From Dimargaris cristalligena (lineage: Eukaryota): a stretch of DNA of 23,539 nt. The stretch spans positions 62,001 through 85,539 of the forward strand of contig ML002216.1 of NCBI GenBank assembly GCA_003614675.1, in the 5' to 3' direction. Below, one piece after another: positions 8,931-18,846 of this stretch (positions within the stretch are counted from its first letter, which is position 1; every line of letters begins with the position of its first letter). Below the pieces are notes generated by a model, which searched no databases, was not told where the DNA came from, and saw only the letters and a program-made list of their open reading frames with translations. The translations under genes and the position numbers were made by a program.

Positions 8931-11399
8931 GAATCCGGAGATGAATTGGGTATAGACTATTAATAGAGATAATTTCTATTACAACTACCCCCTTATATAT
9001 TTCATTAAAGTAGGACATATCAAGTAGCCCTATACTTAGTAATCAGGTTAGTATACCTGTGCATATTCCATCTGGGGTTGATTAAGTTGGCGGGCTACAC
9101 TCCGGTGGGCTCGTACCCGAGGAGGTTAAGTGTGAACATATTTACATTTATGGTGGCGCATAAGATACGGTGATCGAGCAGTGGGCCGGGTGACATCTGG
9201 CCATATGGGGGTTGTTTGTCGAAAGGGGGGTGCGTGCAAGAAAAGGTGGGTGGGCTAGACTAAGCATTTTTTTAATACGGGCAAGGATGCCTTGTTTGCC
9301 ATTTGCCAGCCACACCCGGACTATTCTGCGTACTCGACTCAGCATTCTAATGCAGATTGAAACTCGTCCGACAACAATATTTTGATTTAACGAGTAGATT
9401 CATGAGTATTCTTGAGCTTTATTTCAAGTCATATTCTTCCCCAACTTGTATTGCTTGCGTTTGTATAGCAAAGCGCGCTAGGATCACCTATGGTGAGGGT
9501 TATTGGTAGGTTTGGAATAGACGAGGGCAGTGGGACTCATGTCTAATGTAACAAGCGTGGCCACCCACAAAACATCTTGTATCTATACCGGTCGAGTAGG
9601 AGTGGGTGGTGGTGGTTAGTCTACTTCAACCGGCAGGGAGGTATGCGGCAATGGAAAAGACTTCCTCATGCCGAACTTGGTTTGATTGTCCAATGCGAAT
9701 GACCCAGGACAATGATGGGAATAATGAGTTGGGACCCAACAAACGCACCCTAAAACCACACCTTGCGTATCGGGTCGAGTATACCCTAGATAGTCAGCTG
9801 ATCGCTCTAACAGGCCAATATATGGGAGAGATGGAGTGGATCTGATCATAATCTGGTGAGGTTGGTAGGGGGTTTTGGACACGAAGGGGCGGTATTGATC
9901 ATCGAATACACGCCGTGTACGAATATTGTATTCAGCATGGTCAGCAGGTGGCGAAAATAGGTCGTTGATCCAAAGGTTACTCTTTTACGTGGTCGGACCA
10001 ATCCAATCCCTAAAGTGGAGAGATGATCGAATTACATTTGAGAATCATGAGTTCTTTAACGTATAGAGCACCACCCATCTATATAAAACGGTAGCTACAT
10101 ATACCAAATGGTGTGGTCACCTATATTCATGTATTTGTTTACATGTTCTTATTCTTACCTCACTCCCATACCATATATAGGATACGCGCGGGGATAGGAG
10201 GCGTTCCTTGTAGCCATTAGTTCCTGATAAAAGCAGACAATGCACGATATTATCTAGTATTTGATCCAGAGACAAACTATAGTCAAGGTAAGTGGTTATA
10301 ATAGATCGGTATAAGGTTTTTTTAATAGCTAGTAGATCCCCCCCTATAGTCTCACCTAGCCTCGCCAATACCATAGACACTCAATGCGCAGAGTTTGGCA
10401 GCACACCTACCCTGGGTTACCAGCCGATATAACGGGCTCATATCTTTCATTTACTGTGCTTGTACTTCGATTTGGTATAGCAACGCTGACATTACACTTC
10501 CCGAGCCCCGACCGTGCGCAGAAGAGGGTTCTGATGTTCACTTCCACTCACTCACACACTGTCATCTGGTGCGGGACTCAGTTAAAATTCGACTAGGTCT
10601 TCCAAAAACACGAAGGTAAAGGCCAATGTGGACAGACCAAAACATAAACAGTTGCCTTGAGGGATTGCCACTCTTAATGTGGTATGTACTTGGGAAAGTT
10701 GACGAATCAATATTACTATGAGTTGGGTGAATAGGTTGGATTCCCGATAGCAATTTATTATCAATACGTTTCAAGGGCCTTTTTAGTATTTGCATCGTAA
10801 ACAGTGTCGAATATAGAGGTGTACGGTGAATACCAGTGTAAGGGCCAATTCCTCGAAAGTGAAAATCGTCTATATTAATATGAGGCACGAAATATGGACC
10901 TCACTTGATTAGTCCTATTAGGCAGGTGGTGGATTACACCGCCTATAGTAGGGCCAATCCTTGGAATTGTAGAGTATTACCGATGTAGTTTAAACATCCA
11001 CAGAAGCGAGTATACATTCACTATTCACTTTATAGTTCGACAATGTAAGATACATTGTAATAGCAAGGGTCAAGTTCAGGTTTCAACTGTAGGAAAAGCG
11101 AAAAAGTGGATGGTACAGTTGGTGTGTAGTGTGCAGTGATGAAGCGCACTGAGTTAAACATTAGAGTTGATAAGGCTCGGTCAGGATCTAGGGTCTGAGT
11201 AAGCAGTAAGAAAATACAGTGGGGGCAATTATAGGCTGGAGTGTGATGGTTTATCAGCTGACTCGAGTGAATCTGGTGGCTCTTTAAATAGTCAGACGTC
11301 AGAGCAGGCAGTGGTGAGATTGGCTATAGACTACTAAGTCGGTAGGGATAATTGAAACATCTGTGGTTTGAATGCACAAATAACTTAATACTACACACT

Positions 11400-11431
<32 letters not shown>
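11400..11431. repeat. Compound (CA)n(TA)n microsatellite
   Basis: Read directly: about five CA units followed by ten AT units. Confidence 0.92.
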
Positions 11432-11758
11432 AGGTTAGCTAAACACTCCTGAAGGTGGGAAATGCGAAGCAAGTGGGGTGGAGGACATGCTATATTTAGG
11501 GCTGACTGAATCACTTAACCGGCCGGTGCTAAAATAAAACAGCGGATAAAAAAACCAAACCCGGTGTGGTATGGGGACGGCGTATGTAGGTATTGAGGGC
11601 ACCCTTCCTCGCCCACTTATATACCACCGCTGATCATTTGCGACTTTTGTGGTTTTCGCCTGGTGATCAGGGGCGAATCGTTACTTCATTGGATTAAGTT
11701 TGCCAGTGGTAATAGGCCAACCAACGGCTGGTCTGGGTGAAGTATTTCCTCGATTGAT

Positions 11759-11769
11759 GGGGGGGGGGG
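11759..11769. repeat. G11 homopolymer
   Basis: Read directly. Confidence 0.85.
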
Positions 11770-13096
11770 AGGATATTATAATAACGGTGCGGTATTCTGG
11801 CGATTTCCTTAAATGTTGAAGAATGGGTGGAGGGCCATTAAATGGAGTGGTTGTATAGACAGCAATATTATCTGGTCTATTAGAAAGCTGGTGGTGGGCG
11901 ATATAGCTGGAAATACTACAAAAGACTAGGTGCAGCTTACGCGTTGGTTAATTGCCCCTAACTACTCAAATAGCTGTAATGAGGCGAATCACTGGATTAA
12001 TCACCGAAGTCTGGCACAGTGGATCTAACGGTAATGGGATCTAATCCGGAATAGAAATAAGTGGTAGGTGCTCAGTAAATTATTGGCACCTACTATTTCT
12101 TAGCATTTAATTTGCCTCAAGCTAGCTCCTACATTACCATCTTTATACTTAATTTCTTTCCGAGACTAGGTGATTATGACCCCAAAGGGGGGGTTTTTTT
12201 CGATATTATATTCTATAGCGAGGAAATCTTGGTTTTTAGTTGTCGCTGATAAGTAACTATTATTAGGTATGCAAGGTGGCTGAATGGAAGACATTGGTGG
12301 TGTTTTCAGGCCACCCCCTGGACTCTGGTCATTGTAGCCGTCCAGCCCTTACACGCATGAACACCCTGGCAACAATATACGCTAGTATGATTGCTCTGCA
12401 TAAGGCCGGGCAGGAACACCGAGTTATGAGGTAGTGGCCCGCCCGCACCGGGTTCCGATGGCATCGGGGTAGCAGCGTATTGGGCGTCCAGTCGGGGCAT
12501 TCGGTATTCCCATTCGCGTCTATCGCGCTCACTTGCACTCTCTACCACGAAGTCCACTATTTGCCCACCACCCCGGTACTTGGACCACGCCCATAATTAG
12601 CTGATGTTTATCCAGTCCGACGCCGACGTGCTTCGCCTATGTGACTAAAGGGGAGACACTGGTTGGTGTGTTGATCCCATACGACGGAGTAGCAGCAGCG
12701 AATAAAACCACATCCAAAATAAGGAAATCAGTGGGAGTGAGATAGAGCGAAACTAGGGGACCAAAATACACCGAGTGGTCGAACAGGAAGGGGGGGATGG
12801 CGAATATAAGAGGAGGATCGCTAATAGGGGTAAAGGGATCGGCAGCGTCGCTGGAGTGATCTTAGAGCCGCTGGGCTGCTTTGGCCCTTTGTGGGGACAT
12901 GGAATCGCACTGGCGAGTATCATTGTTGCCAGCGACTCTGTGTTCGCTCTCTCCTCCCACTTTCCCACTCCCCCCTTACTCCGCCCAGATTCTTTAATTC
13001 ATAGCTTCACCATCGGTAATTATAATATACGTATAGCTGTGAGCTTCCCGCCTTCGCACTGTTGGGCCAAGCTACCTCAGTGATGGGCCCCCTCTC

Positions 13097-13169
13097 CCCA
13101 GCCTGCCAATTGGCTGGGCCTGGCCAACACTGCCAGACGATTTCCCCCCTGCCGTATCTTATATTTAAA
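13097..13169 (+). promoter_or_regulatory. Putative core promoter of the 7-TM gene (CCAAT box and TATA-like element)
   Basis: Palindromic CCAATTGG at ~13107-13114 and TATATTTAAA at 13160-13169, followed by a pyrimidine-rich, AUG-poor leader to the ATG at 13845. Confidence 0.3.
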
Positions 13170-13844
13170 CAGGACTCTGTCCGGATCCATGTTAACCCTT
13201 TTAACCATGCCTCCTAGCTACTTATTGAATCCTACCATCCCGCAAAATTGCTTCTTTATACACGCCTATAACATTCTAGAATAGTATATTTTGGCGCTAG
13301 CTGGCCTTCTCATTTAATTTGGACCCACTATTGTATTGTTCTTTACCACCGTAGGCTTCGTATTATCTCGACATTGACCAGACGCGGCTCACCCAAACAA
13401 CCCCACCTTTTTGTATCCATATCTTTACGCACTCATATTTTCTTGAGCTGCGCCTTTGTCTTTGTCTTACTAGTGCCTTGCCACATATTTATCTAGTCGA
13501 GATTGGACCCCATTCTAATTACCAACGCCCCCCTTCGTTTATCGAAAACCACTTTACGATATTCATTATTAAAGCAAGCCCGCCACGATCTATTTTGCGC
13601 CTCCGCCATCGACGACTCGTACCCTATTATTTAATAACCATACCCAGTTCGCTGTGGTTACGCGTATGATTGTATTCCTACACCCAGCTTTCGATTCTCT
13701 ATATATTATTTAAAAGAGCCGCCACCCCCTCGCTTCTATTTTAGACTATTTCTTTAAAATTATTCACTATAGCTCATTTCCTATATTTTACCAATTCCGA
13801 GCACCTATTCGGCCACTCTTACTCGTATAACCTCTTTTCCTATC

Positions 13845-14876
13845 ATGGATGCCGCATGGGACCCAATGTCCTTATCGGACTATGTCTTACTAGGCGTCGC
13901 CAGTGGAGTTTTTGCCATCAATTCAATTATTTATATCTGCATTTTTTTCAATGACAAAAAGTTTCTGCCTTTTCGCACCAAAAATACCGCCATGATGGGC
14001 TTTGGCCTGGTCGCTTCCATTTTATGGTGGTACGGCAGCTTCTTCAACCAGGGGGGTATGCTGTCCGTACAGTCCCTTAACATGTGCAGGTTTATGGGGT
14101 ACTGGCTTCGGTGGGCCCTAGGTGGCTTTGCTCTCCTCGCCATTCTACTTTACCGCACTCTTATATATTATCAGATTTTCATTCGCAAGCGACCCGCTCG
14201 CAATGGCTGGATTTATCTGACGCCGCTGCTTGTCTACCTCCCCGGCCTCGTAATTGTCATTTTACCGACCGCCATGACCTCGCTCCTGACCGCTCAACGG
14301 GTCGGCGACGTGAGCTACTGTGTGTCGCAAACCCCCGTTGTAGTAGTCACCTGGGCCTACTGCACTCTGGTCCTGGTTACCTTGGGCTTCCTCTCCAGCC
14401 GCATCCGACACGTTAAGGCGACCTTCAACGAGTTCCGTGAAATGCTCTGGACCATCGGTCCCATCATCGTGGCCCTGCTCGTCTCCGGCGGTCTGTCCTC
14501 TTCCGACTACCAGCACACATTTTGGGCCCGGTTGATATGTAATATTTTCAATTTAATTGCGGCCTGCGCCTTTTTCTGGGCCGTGTACGGTGGCTGCTTC
14601 ATCGGCTTCTTATTCAACCGCCAAAAGTATCTCGCACGTTTTGCCCATTCTTTGGCCAAAGACGGCTTCCAATCCATGGGAAGCGAGCGCACATCCTCAA
14701 TCACCGAAAGTGGTCCTTATATCGAAAAACCCAGTTACTACATCTCGGCTTCCCAGCTACCCCCGCCGAATTTTCATATATTGGCTAACATGCCCGTCCT
14801 GACCAAATTCGCTGACTCTGACGTTCGCATTCCAAGCATATCAGATCCTGTGAATGGCCGTCACTTGATTGCCTAA
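13845..14876 (+). CDS. Seven-transmembrane GPCR-like protein (class C / 7tm_3-like core, short N-terminus), 343 aa
   Basis: Single-exon ORF with seven hydrophobic segments. Cys at the top of TM3 (MCRF) and in ECL2 (YCVS). Basic ICL1 (PFRTKN), and ATFNEFRE before TM6, resembling the class C 'FNEAK' motif. Ser/Pro-rich cytosolic tail. Confidence 0.82.
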   Translation: MDAAWDPMSLSDYVLLGVASGVFAINSIIYICIFFNDKKFLPFRTKNTAMMGFGLVASILWWYGSFFNQGGMLSVQSLNMCRFMGYWLRWALGGFALLAILLYRTLIYYQIFIRKRPARNGWIYLTPLLVYLPGLVIVILPTAMTSLLTAQRVGDVSYCVSQTPVVVVTWAYCTLVLVTLGFLSSRIRHVKATFNEFREMLWTIGPIIVALLVSGGLSSSDYQHTFWARLICNIFNLIAACAFFWAVYGGCFIGFLFNRQKYLARFAHSLAKDGFQSMGSERTSSITESGPYIEKPSYYISASQLPPPNFHILANMPVLTKFADSDVRIPSISDPVNGRHLIA

Positions 14877-17019
14877 ACCAAGACACGCGTCAAGGGGAGC
14901 TATACTGGCCAGCCAGTCTTTTGCTCTTGTCCAATATCGATTATGTTTTCTTGCTACAAAATTGTAAATAAATTGGTACACTCCTTCTTTTTTTATTACT
15001 ATTACAAAATTACTCTCCCCCCCCACTGCCTCAGTTCTTCATCATCACGATCATCCAAAAATTGTATGTTATACCGCTCCTTCCTTTATGCCATCTAGAT
15101 CAATGGTCCTTCGCCGCCCTATTAATTCACATCTCTATTACGCATGTCCGGTCATTACGCACTCAGGTATTGCCGCCTTTGACCGAACACATCCCCGCAT
15201 TAATGATACATTGCCGCATTTTTAACCCCAATAGACGAAAATAAACCATGTTATCTACTTTAGCTTTTTAGTGCCTCCAACGCATTTCATACATAAAAAA
15301 GTGGTTCACTAGTATAGCTGCCGGTTTTCAGGGTATTATAATGGACCATGGGGGATGTGGATCCTTTTCGTTTTCGAATAATAGAATCCTACGCCGGTGA
15401 CCCGCCCCCTCTCCATTGGGAGTATGCGGTCATGCCCAATATAATGTATTTATTACAGATGAATAGAGGGGGGGATGTAGTGGAAAACTAATTGAAGAGA
15501 GAGAGTCGGAGTTCGCCTCGTTTTAGTATGTCCAATGCATTAGGGCTAGTCGAACCGGAAATACGGCTTGGCGGCAAATCGTTATTGGGTGGCAACTAAA
15601 CCACGCCGCCCACCAATTTACCACAGTGGTGCTAAATCTGAGGATTTAAACAAAGAAGCTCTGAGAATAGACGGTACAAAAGGGTCGGCTGATTGTATTG
15701 CCATTCTAACTCTCCTACCCAATGCCTTCACCACGACATCCCTCCCTCTCTCTCTGCTAACCTACATATCAGAGCCACAGCATTTATCTGTTCGCGCGCG
15801 CAGAGTGTGGTGGGTAAGGGTGAATTCATCTTGGGACGCACACCCGAGCCGGCTAATAGACTGTGGATAATACCGCTGGAGTCTCTAGGGCGGGCTTACG
15901 AGGTGTTTTTTTTTTTTGGTAAATGTTCTTCCGCGCTCTCCCACTGCACCGATTCCTCCAAGAACAATATGCAAAAAGGGTATCCTGCGTCAGTAGTATC
16001 CTCGGTGTTAAATATCCGGCCCGATCCAGTGGCTCGGGTGAGAGGCATAATCATGGATAGCCACGAAATTATAGTCGATTCTAGTGTACAGCAGCCATTG
16101 GGGGCGGGGAACATTTGGGAGAAGTTCATTCAGGCTGTATAATGAAAAATCCATTGGATAAGGCCAATATTACTGGTTAAAAGTTATTCTCACATATATT
16201 CGCCCATACACGTATTATGTAAAACCTTATACAGCTGGTTTGAATTTCTCCCATTTGGATAATAGTCCCATAGCTTAGTCGGGAGATGCCTATCCCCCAC
16301 CAAACTGATATTAGCCGTGGTTCGGATACCCATCTGGGGCCAGGTCGATGGTTACATGTAAAATTATATGATAATCTGGTCCCAGCGGGGGTAATAGTCC
16401 AAGTATATAAGCCCCATCCGATTAGAGGCCCGGTGGGGCAAAGTTAGATGTGGATAGATCTAAACGAGATAAAAATCCGCATACGAAATGAAGCAAAACG
16501 ATACCAGCAAGTCGTACATCCAAATACTAAACTGTTTACCATCTAGTTGGTCCGTCAAGGTTTATCTCGGCTCGTCTAACTAAGTACCATATTAGCGTGT
16601 GTTTCAACCTCATTTCATGAATAATGCGATTGGGTGCAACGTTAAATGGAAGCATTTCTAATAGTTTTGTGAAGATAGACGTGTCGACATGAAACCTTAG
16701 GGTGCTGAAGTTATACGGAAACATTGTTTCCCCCCTACAATAGCATAATTGTATGGGATACAGGCAGACCCACTAGCTTTCGTAGAGGCAACTAACCACC
16801 ATTTAATCAACTTTCATTAAGTTTCCAAAATCCCGGAGACGTTCGGCAATCGTAGCAAAGTATCAACATGGTTATTCCGATCCATTTTACATGAAATGGT
16901 GTTTTGGACAAATGGGGTGGACGGTCCATTAGGTTGTATACCACCAGGAATGTTTCTCCTAATATTCAAACTCATGACAATCATTCGTAAGGACTATTCG
17001 GATTTGATAATCGGCCGGT

Positions 17020-17031
17020 GGGGGGGGGGGG
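17020..17031. repeat. G12 homopolymer
   Basis: Read directly. Confidence 0.85.
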
Positions 17032-17785
17032 TGCTTTGGTTGCCCTAACAGATTAGTTGGATTGCTGATTATTCCGAGCTGTTAATGTGGCACCATCTGT
17101 TTGTATGAGTGGAGGTCCACGTAGGTTTTATACTTTCGGCCTATTAACGTAATTGTTCTGACCCGACTATCGGTAATATCGAGAGTGCTTGGGTTTAGGC
17201 GAGTCCGGGCGAGGCTAGTAGAATACCTGCATCTTTAATCGGGACTAGTCACTGCTTCCATAGCACATTGCTTGAGCATGCCTTTGGGGGCAGTCGCACA
17301 CCCTCGGGCCTGCCCACTCTTCTGCAAGGGCTGTAACAATGCCAGTAGATTCGACTTTATTCTAAGGGTTGCTGATCAATAACAGGTTGCAGATATTGAA
17401 GTTGAGTAATGCCATTGCGATTAATTAAAAGCCATGGACCGGTTATAGTGGGCTAATACATTTCTATAAGACATCCTTACAACCCGGAAGCTTACCATAT
17501 CCCTCTTTCGAAACAGCCGCCTCTTGTCTAAATCGATTCATAAATGCACCAATGTGTCCTTGGGGGGCTTCACTCGTCGAGGGGGGTGTCCCAAAGAAAT
17601 GTATGAAAACAATGGCTTCGAACTATTTAAAAGTGGCCGAAATCGATATAACTCGAAGAGCCCCACCCCCAGAGAAATAAATGGGGCCAATATGGGGGAT
17701 ATTGGTCAAATCGTTGACTATTCGCCAACCTTAAGTTGCGCAGACGATCCCGAGCCATGCAAGCAGGTGCGAATGGTAAAACAAA

Positions 17786-17951
17786 AACGGGCAACATAAG
17801 ATCGATTAAGTGCGATGGAAGGAAAGTGGTCGATGAGCAACGGCTATATCTGGAGGTGGTCTGGGAACTGTGTAGCCGGCCAACGGGGCGGTGCCCTGAC
17901 CACAGCCGCCCGTTGGGGATCCTAACGGCTAGCGCAATGATTGGCCCCGTT
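17786..17951. promoter_or_regulatory. Cluster of six AACGG (Myb/MSA-type) motifs upstream of the arrestin-domain gene
   Basis: AACGG at 17786, 17839, 17882, 17924 and CCGTT at 17910, 17947. CCTAACGGCTA at 17921-17931 matches the MSA consensus YCYAACGGYYA. Function is inferred. Confidence 0.45.
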
Positions 17952-18423
17952 CATCGATCATCCACACCCTCAAGGCCCTTTATCACCATCTCCCCCCTCT
18001 GCTTCTCCCTTACCGCACTAACCGCTCAATTGGGCTATTCAGCAGAACAATCACTCTTTGATCCTTCGCCGACGCCCTCTTCATAGCTGGTGTTGTCCAG
18101 GCCTGCCCTTGTCAACCAACCAGCCCCCCGTTGTATTTAATAATAAACTTGTCTCTCCGCCCAGCCCTCCCTTGACGTTGCTCTTCGGCCCCAGCAGTAT
18201 AAACTAGACGACATTGCCTCCCCCCTCACAGTATCTTGTTCCGCCTTTCACCTAGTACTTGCCCATTCTTCACCGCTGTTCATTTTAGCTCTGTGTTATT
18301 CAATTACTCGGCCTAGTCATCTATAAAACCAATCTATATTTTAAAAACAATCTAGTGCTATCTATACGACTCGCTGGCACCATTACTCGGTTTCTCTTCC
18401 TCTACTCCACGATTTCCGCGGCT

Positions 18424-18775
18424 GTAGGTTAATTAATCCTAGCGGATACCCTGGTCATATTTCCTTCTCCCGGCCTTCCGTTCCACCGTATCATCGGTTC
18501 CGCCAACCCCTTCCATCCCGGTCCCAGACCCAACCCCCACCCGTCCTTTGACTATATTGGCTATAGACCTGCTCCGCTATCGGCATCTTCCCTTTTCCTG
18601 TATATATACTGGGCCGCCGCTATTCTCTTTTACTGTTCCCGATTTTTTTTGGCCGTTTGCTACGCGCTTCCCTCAACTAATTCCCGGCTTTACTCACAAG
18701 TAGCTCGTACCTTCAAAGTACACCCCGTATTTCCTCCCAACTAACGCTTAAACCGTGTACCTATCGCACGAATAG
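18424..18775 (+). other. Putative intron in the 5' UTR of the arrestin-domain gene
   Basis: GTAGGT donor at 18424, ACTAAC branch point at 18740-18745, TAG acceptor at 18773-18775, all within an AUG-free pyrimidine-rich leader. Confidence 0.45.
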
Positions 18776-18846
18776 GCCTGCTCTATATATTGGTTTTATT
18801 TTTACCACTTACTATAACGAGCTTATACATTTTCACCGACCGCCCC

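Noticed and set aside
11040..11058. 8-bp inverted repeat ACAATGTA-AGA-TACATTGT
   Set aside because: Short and AT-rich, with no supporting context.
15568..16142. 100-, 149- and 77-aa ORFs between the GPCR and arrestin genes
   Set aside because: Two have non-ATG starts, a poly-T run lies within the region, they lack the C-ending codon bias of the real genes, and I see no recognisable domain.
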